37,412 nucleotides of DNA from Pseudomonadota bacterium (GCA_018819005.1 JAHJQU010000222.1:1-37412), one strand, 5' to 3'; shown: positions 21,916-31,354, counted from the stretch's first letter. Numbers and translations are program-made. The notes: generated by a model from the sequence alone, not told the origin.

Positions 21916-22070
21916 TGATACCTTCGTAAAAAGTCGAAATCCAGACGGCAAAGTAAAAAGCTCATTATGCAAGGCGCACGAATCTTGAGGAATGAAGCGT
22001 ACTTACTGGTACGCTGCAATGACGAAAGATGAAGCGCAACACAGCAGAATGACTTTTTACTAAGCCGTCA
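21916..22070 (+). mobile_element. MITE family AB, cargo A copy 1 (155 bp)
   Basis: TGATACCTTCGTAAAAAGTC...GACTTTTTACTAAGCCGTCA; flanks ATTT/ATTG; near-identical to 35895-36047 (reverse) and 32119-32257. Confidence 0.88.
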
Positions 22071-22100
22071 ATTGTTATATCCAAAGAGATTGCTACTCCA

Positions 22101-22868
22101 TCATTTCTTTCTAATCTGTCTTAAAATTTTAAGACTTTGCATCTCTTTGCCAAGATTATAAGTCACAAAAGCCTCTAAAAAGTTCAACCCTCCCTCTAAA
22201 GCTAAAGAGGTAAATCTTATTTTTCCGGCCTTTTTCAAATCGCCGCTATCAACCCAAAGAAGCTGCTTAATCGTTCCTTTTGAAAGAGAAAGCCGGTTTC
22301 CGGAGTTTCCGGTGCATTTCCGGCAAACAACCCCCCCTTTTTGAAAGTCGAAGGATATATGTTCTTCCCTTATACTGTCAACTGCAAGCTGACACATGCT
22401 GCAACGAACTAAATTCGGACAAATACCGGCTATCGAAGCAAACCGCATCTGGAAAAGTATGCTCAATATTTCCGCAGAAACATGGCCTGAATCAATTTGT
22501 TCAAGAACATAATAAAGCAACCGGTAAAGCCGTTCCTGTTTCGCATCATTTTCAGCCCAAACATTAACTATTTCTGACCAGTAACTTGCATATGCTGTTT
22601 TATTGAAATCAGTTCTGATATCCGCAAGGCAATTTATTAGATCAGCCTCCTGCAGAATAACAAGATTCCCTCCCCTCCCGGAACTGCAAACCACATCCAA
22701 AACAGAAAATATTTCGAGGATTCCTCCGAATCTTTTTGTGCTCTTTTTAGCCGACTTTGCTATTGCCGCTATCTTGCCTCTTTCCATGGTAAATAGAGTT
22801 AAAATTAAATCGTAATCTCCATAATCAATGCGCCTGAGAACTATCGCAGGAGATGAAAAGGTTTTCAT
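22101..22868 (-). CDS. recO: DNA repair protein RecO
   Basis: AIVLRRIDYGDYDLILTLFT..RGKI.AIAK.AKKS.KRF; CxxC...CxxC zinc finger. Confidence 0.93.
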   Translation of the reverse strand: MKTFSSPAIVLRRIDYGDYDLILTLFTMERGKIAAIAKSAKKSTKRFGGILEIFSVLDVVCSSGRGGNLVILQEADLINCLADIRTDFNKTAYASYWSEIVNVWAENDAKQERLYRLLYYVLEQIDSGHVSAEILSILFQMRFASIAGICPNLVRCSMCQLAVDSIREEHISFDFQKGGVVCRKCTGNSGNRLSLSKGTIKQLLWVDSGDLKKAGKIRFTSLALEGGLNFLEAFVTYNLGKEMQSLKILRQIRKK

Positions 22869-22872
22869 CTAC

Positions 22873-24225
22873 TTATATTCCGAGAAGGTGTGTTGCAATA
22901 ATAAAATAGATAGATACGCTTATAATGTCGATTGCGGTAGTAACAAAGGGGCCCGTGGCAACAGCGGGATCAATATTGATCCTTGCAAATATCATCGGAA
23001 CCATTGAGCCGGATAAGGCTGCCAGTGTCATTGAACAAACAACGGCAATACCAACGGATAAGGCAAGGTTGAAGGTGCTGTAACTAACCTGAGCAAAAGT
23101 AGCTATAAGCACTCCATAGATAATGCCCAGAAATAACCCTATAAGAAGTTCTTTCAGTATAATGGGCCACATATCTCTGATATTAAGTCGTCCTGTTGAA
23201 AGACCTCTTACAACAATTGTAGAGGACTGAATTCCAATGTTCCCACCCATCCCCATAATAACCGGAATAAAAGCTGCTAGATAGGCAATTTTATTTAAAG
23301 ATCCCGTAAATCGCCCGATAATAACAGATGCTATGATACCGCCAACACAACTAGCAAAAAGCCAAGGCAGCCGCAGCCTGGAACTCTTCAAAACAGATTT
23401 GGTTTCAATAAATTCTTCGCCGACACCGGCCATCTTCAGCATGTCTTCTGTGGCTTCACGTCGGAATATATCAATGACATCATCAACAGTAACAATGCCT
23501 ACAAGCTTATTCGAATCGTCAACAACAGGTACGGCCAGAATATCATATTTCGCCACAATTTTTGCTACTTCTTCCTGATCCATGGCAGTATGGACAGAAA
23601 AAACGTCCCTTGTCATAAATTCTTTTAACGGTTTATCGGGAGGAACAACGACAAGCTGTCTTAAAGAGCTGACGCCAACGAGTTTACCGTATTCGTCAAC
23701 AACATAAAGATAAAAGGGCATTTCAACATCAAGATTTTCCTTCTGCAGAGATTTTATAGCCTCTTTCGCAGTAGTATCCTCTTTCAGGGCTATAAAATCG
23801 GGCACCATGATCCCACCGGCTGTGTCATCTTCGTATCGCAGCAGACCTTCGACTTCTTCAGAACCCTCCTTCTTCATCTTGTCCAATATCGAATCTGATA
23901 ATTCCTTTGGAAGTCGCCCTATCAGATCCACCACATCATCTGTGGGCATATTCTCCAGAATCACTGCTATGTCGTCAATTTTCAGCTCGGAAATGAGTTC
24001 TACGGAGGTATCTTCATCAAGTTCGCTGAGCAGGACTCCTTTTTTTTCAACCTCTTTTATCATGTCAAAGAGCCTGCGCTGATTTGAAAGGGAGAGTGCT
24101 CTGAATACCTGAGATAAATCAGCTGCATGTGTCTTGTTCATTATTTTGCGGAGATGAGAAGTTGCTTCACGGCGGAGCAATCTTTTTACGCTTTCAATGA
24201 GTATTTTTATTCGATCCCCTTCCAT
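22873..24225 (-). CDS. mgtE: Magnesium transporter MgtE
   Basis: MgtE N-domain, CBS pair (TAGGIM, GIVTVDDV), RLPWL, GMGGNIGIQS, DPAVATGPFVTT. Confidence 0.97.
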   Translation of the reverse strand: MEGDRIKILIESVKRLLRREATSHLRKIMNKTHAADLSQVFRALSLSNQRRLFDMIKEVEKKGVLLSELDEDTSVELISELKIDDIAVILENMPTDDVVDLIGRLPKELSDSILDKMKKEGSEEVEGLLRYEDDTAGGIMVPDFIALKEDTTAKEAIKSLQKENLDVEMPFYLYVVDEYGKLVGVSSLRQLVVVPPDKPLKEFMTRDVFSVHTAMDQEEVAKIVAKYDILAVPVVDDSNKLVGIVTVDDVIDIFRREATEDMLKMAGVGEEFIETKSVLKSSRLRLPWLFASCVGGIIASVIIGRFTGSLNKIAYLAAFIPVIMGMGGNIGIQSSTIVVRGLSTGRLNIRDMWPIILKELLIGLFLGIIYGVLIATFAQVSYSTFNLALSVGIAVVCSMTLAALSGSMVPMIFARINIDPAVATGPFVTTAIDIISVSIYFIIATHLLGI

Positions 24226-24288
24226 ATCAAACCTGCCCGGATTTATCTGTTTCAGTTGTAAATTATAAAAGACTTCTGCCCTGTCTAA

Positions 24289-25002
24289 TCACGGAATCTG
24301 AATGTTTGCGGCACGGCCGCTTTCCCTCGCAATATCATATGCCTTTTCATTGAAGCTTAATTTGATGGCGCCTGCATCTCCTACAAGCAAGTTATAGCCG
24401 CTTGATGCGTTAAGTTCGAGAAGATCCCCGCTTTTTAAAATATATTCTTTAGGATTCTGTCCATCAATAATTAACTTCAGCCATGTGTCCTTTACGGCAA
24501 GTACTTTTAACGATAGTTTTTCGTCGGGTTTTTTTAAACTTTTTTCATCAATCACCTTTTGTTTAATATCTGCCGATCGATTTTTCTGTTTAATAATCTC
24601 TGCGGGTCCGGTCTTATCAGATAAATCATAAACCGAAGCAACCGAAATTATTACGATGCACAAAAAAGCCCCGAAAATCAAAAAGATTTTATGCCAGTAC
24701 CTTAAACCGGCTTTGTTTAATACTTTCTCCGGCTTAATCATTTTATTGATAACACCTATAGATGCGAGATACCGCCGGACAGCTTCGTCTCCATCTGCAT
24801 CGACGGCCTTTGCATAAGAACGCAAAAAACCCTTTACGAAAACCTCTGGAGGAAGCTTATCAACCTGTTCATTTTCTATTAATGAAAGACAATCTATACC
24901 TATTTTTGTTTCTCTTGACAGCTCCTCAAGCCCAATTCCTTTCTCTATTCTGAAAGCCTGAAGATAATGCCCGAATGAAAATGATTTGTTTTCGGAAATC
25001 AT
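24289..25002 (-). CDS. RodZ-like HTH membrane protein
   Basis: N-terminal HTH (LPPEVFVKGFLRSYA), one TM segment, C-terminal DUF4115-like domain (TWLKLIIDG, VGDAGAI). Confidence 0.85.
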   Translation of the reverse strand: MISENKSFSFGHYLQAFRIEKGIGLEELSRETKIGIDCLSLIENEQVDKLPPEVFVKGFLRSYAKAVDADGDEAVRRYLASIGVINKMIKPEKVLNKAGLRYWHKIFLIFGAFLCIVIISVASVYDLSDKTGPAEIIKQKNRSADIKQKVIDEKSLKKPDEKLSLKVLAVKDTWLKLIIDGQNPKEYILKSGDLLELNASSGYNLLVGDAGAIKLSFNEKAYDIARESGRAANIQIP

Positions 25003-25062
25003 ATGTTAAAATCAACATTAATAAGGTTTATCAGGTATTGTCTCGATATGGAAACTTAAACT

Positions 25063-25091
25063 GTGTCCGGACTTTGTTTCCGTCCGGATAC
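25063..25091 (-). terminator. Stem-loop directly after the surA-like stop codon
   Basis: GTGTCCGGAC-9 nt-GTCCGGATAC; weak U-tract. Confidence 0.5.
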
Positions 25092-26077
25092 TATTTAATA
25101 ACTTTTATATGGGATTTTTGCCTTAAATCCCCGATCCAGGATTCAAATTTTCTTTCAACTACTTCACCAAAAAGGATATCCTGTATTTCAGGAGTAACCT
25201 CTTCAAGAGATTTGTCCGGTTTTTCTTCAATTTTTTCTATGTAAACAATCTGATATCCGACTTCGGTTTCAACAACTTTCGTAAAATCACCCGCTTTGAG
25301 TCCCTTTATTGCCTCCTGTATCTCCGGAGATAATTCATTATATTTAAACATTCCTAGATCCAGATTCTTTACATCAAATTCAGAGTCAGCATATTCCTTG
25401 CCGACATCCTCAAATATTTGCCCCATCTTTAATTTGTTATAAATTTCTTCCATCTTTGACCTGATATTCTGTTTTTCACCATCGCTGACACTCAACCCGA
25501 CTCTCTTGACCATATTTTTAAGATTGTATGTTTTTTCTCCCCGGTACTTCTCAATATTGCTGTTGTAATAAGACTTTATTTCATCTCCCGTTATAATTAT
25601 TTTGGATTTAACCGCAAAATTAAGAAGTTTTGACCTTATGAGATGTTCCTTAACCTTATTGCGATAGCCTTCCATAGACATGCCTTCTTTGGCCAGCATA
25701 CTTCTTAAGTCTTCGTCTGTATAATGATTGACCTCTTTGACTCGCTCAATAGCGTTATCAAGCTCCTTCTCGCTAACTGAAATACTGTACTTTTTACTCT
25801 CCTGGTCGGTAAGCTTCTGGTTAATAAGCTGTTCAAGCATATCTTCCCGAACCTTAAAGAGCATCTCGCGTTCTTTTTCCGGCGGATATCCAAGCGATTT
25901 CATTCTTTCAGCATATGGATTAACAGCACTGGAAAGTTCCGAAAGGGAAATTATTTCTTCGTTAACCACTGCTACAACCCTGTCAACAACTTCAGCGCTG
26001 TTTGTTCCGCTATACGCGTAGGAACCAGACAAAATTAAGAAAAAGATGAGCGTTAATATTTTATTATATTTGTGCAT
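25091..26077 (-). CDS. SurA-like periplasmic chaperone / PPIase
   Basis: Signal peptide, VVDRVVAVVNEEIISLSEL (SurA N-domain), parvulin-like segment DLGMF...LSPE...GYQIV. Confidence 0.88.
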   Translation of the reverse strand: MHKYNKILTLIFFLILSGSYAYSGTNSAEVVDRVVAVVNEEIISLSELSSAVNPYAERMKSLGYPPEKEREMLFKVREDMLEQLINQKLTDQESKKYSISVSEKELDNAIERVKEVNHYTDEDLRSMLAKEGMSMEGYRNKVKEHLIRSKLLNFAVKSKIIITGDEIKSYYNSNIEKYRGEKTYNLKNMVKRVGLSVSDGEKQNIRSKMEEIYNKLKMGQIFEDVGKEYADSEFDVKNLDLGMFKYNELSPEIQEAIKGLKAGDFTKVVETEVGYQIVYIEKIEEKPDKSLEEVTPEIQDILFGEVVERKFESWIGDLRQKSHIKVIK

Positions 26078-26155
26078 TTTATATTTTTCTCTCCATAATT
26101 ATACTGTTGGTATCTGAATTACTTTTCCGGCAACGATATTTATAAGGAACGATAT

Positions 26156-26317
26156 TGATACCTTCGTAAAAAGTCAATAAATGACTTTTTACTTGGCGGG
26201 AAATCCGCCTAGGCGGACTCTCCCGCCGCTTGAAGTGAATTCAAGCGGTTCCACCCTCACACCGGGCCGGGGCTTAACCGCCCTCGGCCTGTTGATGGAC
26301 TTTTTACGAGTCCATCA
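26156..26317 (+). mobile_element. MITE family AB, cargo B copy 1 (162 bp, five tandem hairpins)
   Basis: Left end identical to the cargo-A copy at 21916 (TGATACCTTCGTAAAAAGTC); right end GACTTTTTACGAGTCCATCA; flanks TAT/TAT. Confidence 0.88.
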
Positions 26318-26331
26318 TATATTCCGTCACT

Positions 26332-27051
26332 TTATGAAGACAGAATTTTCTCCCATTGTTTATTGTTTATCTCTATCTTGTATTTTCTCTGCAACCCTTC
26401 AAACCATGTTTTATAAGCCTCTTCAGCTTTTAAATTGCGCAGATTCTTTATGATTGTTTCAGTGGTCGGCTCATTCGCTAATTTGCCGTCGGCGCCGTTT
26501 TTAATATTTTCGCGATAATACTTTGATAAGTCATCGGGTGTTATTTGGATATTATTTTTAAGGTCTTCAACGATAACTTTCTCTATAAGGAGGCGCATTC
26601 TTAATCTTTTCTCCCACAAGTTATAAGAAATTGCATACTCAAGAAGCATTTTTTCAAACTCACTTTCTGGGTAATCCCTTTTAATTTTCCGCACAGCCTC
26701 TTCAAGCTCAGAATCTGTTACTGTAATATTCAGTTCCTTAGACCTTTCAATTATAATTAATTCTTCAACCATCTGATTTAACAGCTGTTCTTTAGTATCT
26801 CTGTGAAAGGAAGCATTCTGTTCAATGTCATTACGTGAATAAGCGGACTTGGTTATTTCAAGTTCTCTTTGAAAGTCGAGCACCATTAAAACACTCTCTT
26901 GAACTCTGACAAGATATTCATCGCCCTGAACAGATTCCGTTCCGGAACAGCCTGAAAGTATCAACACTGCGAATAAAGCGCACACCGCAAATATCCTGGC
27001 GGAGCAGGTTTCTCCGGCAGTAAAATGTTCATGTACTTTAACATATATCAT
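26332..27051 (-). CDS. SurA N-terminal-domain lipoprotein (PrsA/SurA-like)
   Basis: Lipobox LSGC; LLNQMVEELIII...LNITVTDSELE; typical position downstream of mfd. Start uncertain (27051 or 27072). Confidence 0.8.
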   Translation of the reverse strand: MIYVKVHEHFTAGETCSARIFAVCALFAVLILSGCSGTESVQGDEYLVRVQESVLMVLDFQRELEITKSAYSRNDIEQNASFHRDTKEQLLNQMVEELIIIERSKELNITVTDSELEEAVRKIKRDYPESEFEKMLLEYAISYNLWEKRLRMRLLIEKVIVEDLKNNIQITPDDLSKYYRENIKNGADGKLANEPTTETIIKNLRNLKAEEAYKTWFEGLQRKYKIEINNKQWEKILSS

Positions 27052-27083
27052 AATTACAGGTTCTTCTCTCAACCAACTGGAGA

Positions 27084-27121
27084 AAGGGTCCCAGGATTCA
27101 GGGTTTTCAAGTGTTTGTTTC
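27084..27121 (+). repeat. Degenerate repeat shared with 36266-36378
   Basis: AAGGGTCCCAGGATTCAGGGTTTTCAAGTGTTTGTTTC versus ...ATTCAGGGGTTCAAGTGTTTGTTTTC. Confidence 0.5.
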
Positions 27122-27158
27122 TTATGAATTTATCTTCGGCATTCTTTAATACAGGTAT

Positions 27159-30100
27159 TCAGCCGTTAACACGTTGGATAATTTCTTTCAAGATGTTTTT
27201 GGCTTTCACAATGTGCCCCATAATGCTTTGTTTCGGGAGTCTTACCTTAAGGACATGCTCCGGAGTGAACTCGAACCGGTTTTTATCCGAGATAACCATT
27301 TTTATTATACCAGAAGTGTTATTTACATAAGACAGCTCGGCAAAATGAAGTAAAAGTTGCTGATCCCGTAAATCGAGGCGTTTAACACCTGCTTTTTGAG
27401 ACAATATCTTCAGCATGATTTTCAAGAGAAGATTGGAGGCTTCTTCCGGGAGGGCTCCGAAACGATCTGTGAGTTCCGCTTTAAAGTCTGCTATCTCCTT
27501 AACTTCCGTCATCTTTGCCAGGCGCCGGTAAGATGTCAGGCGCTGATCAATATCAGGCATATACGATTCGGGAAGATAAGCTGATATTGAAACATTTATC
27601 TCCGGATCCATGGTTTCCTGAACAGGTTCTCCCTTAAGCTCCGACATGGCATTTTCCATTAACTTGAGAAACATTTCGTACCCGACGGCAGCTATATGTC
27701 CGGACTGGGAAGCTCCGAGTATCGTTCCTCCTCCTCTGATTCTCAAGTCGCTCATAGCAATCTGAAATCCTGATCCAAGATCGCTGTGTTCCATTAATAC
27801 TTTCAAGCGTTTTTGAGCGTCCTTTGTGATAGAGCTCTCTTTAGGGATAAAAAGATAAGCATAAGCCTGCTCATCAGATCTTCCTACCCTCCCGCGCAAC
27901 TGATAAATCTGGGACAGTCCCAGTTTGTCAGCCCTGTTTACCAGTATTGTGTTAGCTGAAGGGATATCAAGTCCGGATTCGATAATTGTTGTGCAGACAA
28001 GCATGTCAATTTCTTTTTTCATGAACTTGAACATAACATTTTCAAGCGCCTCCTCATCAAGCCGCCCGTGAGCGATATCTATCCTTGCCTCTGGTACAAG
28101 CTCCTGCAGCTTACGGGAAATCTTTTCAATCGTATAAATATTGTTGTGGACAAAAAATATCTGGCCTTTTCTGCTCAGCTCTTTTTTTATCGCCCCGGCA
28201 ACGACAGCATCATCAAATTCTGAAACATATGTAATTATAGATTGCCGATGTTCGGGAGGTGTTGAAATTATACTGATATCACGCACACCCATTAAAGACA
28301 TGTGCAATGTTCGTGGAATCGGTGTTGCAGTAAGAGCAAGAACATCTACGGTATTTCTTAATTTTTTAAGCTTTTCCTTATGCTTGACTCCAAAACGCTG
28401 CTCCTCATCGAGCACAACAAGTCCGAGATCCTTAAAGACAACGTCATTCTGGAGAAGCCTATGAGTTCCGATAACAATATCTATCTTCCCGGATTTCAGA
28501 TCCGAAATTATTGTTTTTTGATCCCGGACGGACCTGAATCTGCTGAGGCATGCAATGTTAACCGGATACCGCTCAAACCGTAAGTTAAAAGTCGCAAGAT
28601 GCTGTTCGGCAAGAACTGTCGTCGGAACCAGCATCGCAACCTGCTTGCCGGAATTAACCGCGAGAAAGGACGCCCTTAAAGCCACTTCTGTTTTGCCGTA
28701 GCCGACATCTCCGCAAACCAGCCTGTCCATAGGCATCGGCCGTTCCATGTCATTCAAAACATCATCTATTGCCTGAAGCTGGTCTGTTGTTTCTTCGTAT
28801 GTGAAACCCGCCTCAAAATCTTTAAAATAGCTGTCCGGCATTCCATATCCATATCCGTCGCTTACTTTTCTGAGTGCGTATAATTTAAGAAGTTCTCCGG
28901 CAATTTTTTCAGCCGATTTTTTTACTCTTTCTTTTATTTTATCCCAGGCCTTTCCACCCATTCTGTCAAGAACAGGTTCCATACCATCAACGCCCATATA
29001 CTTATGGACTATGTTCATCCTTTCAACAGGAAGGTAAAGTTTATCACCGTCCTTATATACTATCAGCAGAAAATCATTGGTTGAACCGTTCAACTTCAGC
29101 TTTACAAGCCCTTCATACTGACCTATTCCATGATCATCATGTACAACAAGATCCATTTTTTTCAAGTCTTCAAAGGAGAGAATCTGGGATACTGTTTTCC
29201 TTACCGAATCCCTTCTTCTGCTTTTTTTTGCCCCGAATATTTCATCTTCGGTTATTATGGACAGTGATTCTTCGGGCCAAACAAATCCTGAAGAGATCCG
29301 TCCGATGCAGACAAAAACGTCCCCCTTCCCGCGGGAAGTAACAGAAAATCCTTCTTTTGTTTCCATTTGAATCCCATAAGGCGTTAAAAGAGACCTGATC
29401 CTTTCGGCTTGAGATTTTGTGCTGCAGACAACCAGGGTAGTATATTTGGAAGTTTTATTTTCACTGATCCGTTCGGCAAGCGGCAAAAGGTGATTATCTT
29501 TTTCTATATGGTACTTGATTTCCTGAATCAGCAGATTGTTATTTTTTATAAAATAATCGCATTCTAAACTGCACCCGTTTTTCTCTTCATTTTCGCAGAC
29601 AATTTTGAGAGCCCGGAAATTCAAAGTTTTCTTTGAGTTTATTATTTCACGTATATTCGCCCATGTAAGATATAAGCTCCCGGTTTCGACACACAGCCTC
29701 CGATCCGCACGGGCAGAAATATAATTATTTAATTTCCGCCTCTCTACTTCTTCCGCTTCCTTTTGGAGCTGTTCCGGTTCATCCTGTACAAAAAGAGTGT
29801 TTTCGGGAAGATAATCAAAGAAAGAATCAGGCTTTGAATAAATAAACGGAATCAGGCTTTCAATATCCGGAAGCACGCCCTCTCTTTTTATTCTGTCGAT
29901 TAAATCTCTGACTGTTGTAACAGGAATATCAAGCTTCGAAGCCTGTTCTCTTATCCTGCTTATTATTAAATTAAGATCCTCGGTATTATAAATCGCTTCC
30001 CTTGCAGGAAGTATAACTGCCTCGGGTATATTTTTTAAGGTCCTCTGGCTTGATGCGGAAAAAAACCTTATTGACTCCACCATATCGCCCAAAAACTCGA

Positions 30101-30680
30101 TTCTCAGCGGATCAGGATAAGAAGGTGTAAAAATATCGAGAATTCCACCCCTTACACAATAATCTCCGGACTCTTCAACTATCATTGACCTGGAATATCC
30201 GCCCGAAACCAGTTTCTCAAGAAGTCGTTCCCTGTCTGTTTCTTCGCTCTCCATCACAAGTTCAGCGAAACTGAACAATTGCTGTTTTGGAGTCAGCTTC
30301 TGAAGAAGAGCTTCCGGAGTTGTGACAATTACCGGTGGAGTATCACTTGTTGCAATCTTATATAGCGTATTTATCCGGGTTGCAGCAGTTTCATTGTGAT
30401 AAGAGACAAATTTAAATGGAGAATCATTATATGGCGGGAAAAGCAGCACGGGAATTGTGTGTCCGGTTGAAAAAAAAATCAGATCCTGTATAAAACGCTC
30501 TCCCTCCTTAACTGAAGGGAAAATAACTACAACAGGCATCCTGCACTTCAGATAGTATCTTGATACTATGAATGCTTTTTCTGAACCGGACAATCCTGTA
30601 AGATCTGCCGCTTTTTCTCTCGTGGAAATATATTCATAAAGAGAATCGAAGGAATAATTTTTCTCTTGATTTTGATACAT
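27159..30680 (-). CDS. mfd: Transcription-repair coupling factor Mfd
   Basis: VRGGILDIF, CGDVGYGKTEVA, DEEQRFGV, TATPIPRT, QLRGRVGR, DLRIRGGG. ATG 30680 chosen because the longer ORF-track start lies inside the tRNA. Confidence 0.97.
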   Translation of the reverse strand: MYQNQEKNYSFDSLYEYISTREKAADLTGLSGSEKAFIVSRYYLKCRMPVVVIFPSVKEGERFIQDLIFFSTGHTIPVLLFPPYNDSPFKFVSYHNETAATRINTLYKIATSDTPPVIVTTPEALLQKLTPKQQLFSFAELVMESEETDRERLLEKLVSGGYSRSMIVEESGDYCVRGGILDIFTPSYPDPLRIEFLGDMVESIRFFSASSQRTLKNIPEAVILPAREAIYNTEDLNLIISRIREQASKLDIPVTTVRDLIDRIKREGVLPDIESLIPFIYSKPDSFFDYLPENTLFVQDEPEQLQKEAEEVERRKLNNYISARADRRLCVETGSLYLTWANIREIINSKKTLNFRALKIVCENEEKNGCSLECDYFIKNNNLLIQEIKYHIEKDNHLLPLAERISENKTSKYTTLVVCSTKSQAERIRSLLTPYGIQMETKEGFSVTSRGKGDVFVCIGRISSGFVWPEESLSIITEDEIFGAKKSRRRDSVRKTVSQILSFEDLKKMDLVVHDDHGIGQYEGLVKLKLNGSTNDFLLIVYKDGDKLYLPVERMNIVHKYMGVDGMEPVLDRMGGKAWDKIKERVKKSAEKIAGELLKLYALRKVSDGYGYGMPDSYFKDFEAGFTYEETTDQLQAIDDVLNDMERPMPMDRLVCGDVGYGKTEVALRASFLAVNSGKQVAMLVPTTVLAEQHLATFNLRFERYPVNIACLSRFRSVRDQKTIISDLKSGKIDIVIGTHRLLQNDVVFKDLGLVVLDEEQRFGVKHKEKLKKLRNTVDVLALTATPIPRTLHMSLMGVRDISIISTPPEHRQSIITYVSEFDDAVVAGAIKKELSRKGQIFFVHNNIYTIEKISRKLQELVPEARIDIAHGRLDEEALENVMFKFMKKEIDMLVCTTIIESGLDIPSANTILVNRADKLGLSQIYQLRGRVGRSDEQAYAYLFIPKESSITKDAQKRLKVLMEHSDLGSGFQIAMSDLRIRGGGTILGASQSGHIAAVGYEMFLKLMENAMSELKGEPVQETMDPEINVSISAYLPESYMPDIDQRLTSYRRLAKMTEVKEIADFKAELTDRFGALPEEASNLLLKIMLKILSQKAGVKRLDLRDQQLLLHFAELSYVNNTSGIIKMVISDKNRFEFTPEHVLKVRLPKQSIMGHIVKAKNILKEIIQRVNG

Positions 30681-30710
30681 AAACAAAGTACCTATTTTGA
30701 CCTGTGATAT

Positions 30711-30786
30711 GCCGGCGTAGCTCACTTGGTAGAGCAGCTGATTCGTAATCAGCTGGTAGGCGGTTCAACTCCGCCCGTCGGCTCCA
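30711..30786 (+). tRNA. tRNA-Thr (anticodon CGT)
   Basis: Acceptor GCCGGCG/CGTCGGC, D-arm GCTC..GAGC, anticodon arm GCTGA-TTCGTAA-TCAGC, T-loop GGTTCAACT, encoded CCA; 76 nt. Confidence 0.97.
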
Positions 30787-30795
30787 TTAATTTTC

Positions 30796-30826
30796 AAGGG
30801 TTTCCTGCCTTTCCGGAAACCCTTTT
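30796..30826 (+). terminator. Intrinsic terminator of tRNA-Thr
   Basis: AAGGGTTTCC-tgcctttcc-GGAAACCCTT followed by TT. Confidence 0.8.
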
Positions 30827-30934
30827 ATATTAGATAAATTTATATCAATAAGTATTCTGAATGAAATCCTTAATATGAAATATTTTTATCCCATATTATG
30901 GCATTGTGCAACCTTGTTTGACCAATTATCACTT

Positions 30935-31096
30935 TGACACCTTCGTAAAAAATCAAAAACCGATTTTTTACTTGGCGGGAAATCCGCATAGGCGGACTCT
31001 CCCGCCGCTTGAAGTAAATTCAAGCGGTTCCACCCTCACCCCAGGCCGGGGCTTAATCGCCCTCGGCCTGTTGACGGACTCATAAAAAGTCCGTCA
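30935..31096 (+). mobile_element. MITE family AB, cargo B copy 2 (162 bp)
   Basis: Colinear with 26156-26317; flanks ACTT/ATTT; the loop of the terminal 25-bp palindrome is inverted. Confidence 0.88.
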
Positions 31097-31256
31097 ATTT
31101 TGTCCGCAGCAACCAATTATCATAAAATGTTTTTTGCCATTTTTACCGGAAGCTTACACGACAGAAAATGTCAATTCACGATAATATGTTGATATTATAT
31201 AGGTTTATCATGTACTCATATCCGGACACTTACTGAATTTTTCTTTCTTTAATTTC

Positions 31257-31285
31257 TTGACATAGATTCATTATCCGTATATTTT
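31257..31285 (+). promoter_or_regulatory. Possible sigma70 promoter upstream of ORF 31445
   Basis: TTGACA-17 bp-TATTTT in an AT-rich region. Confidence 0.4.
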
Positions 31286-31354
31286 AGATACTTACATGGT
31301 TTTGTAATATATGATATATATATCAATGATGAGCTATCTTCCGGCTTGGAATTT

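Noticed and set aside
21904-21972. N-terminal extension of the GHMP kinase ORF (MHNELFTLPSGFRLFTK)
   Set aside because: It lies mostly in MITE cargo A, and a near-identical peptide appears in ORF 32044-32229, so it is repeat-derived.
26181-26453. 90-aa plus-strand ORF
   Set aside because: Starts in MITE cargo B and runs antisense to the surA-like gene.
30681-30725. mfd start at 30725
   Set aside because: Overlaps the tRNA-Thr gene; ATG 30680 is more plausible.
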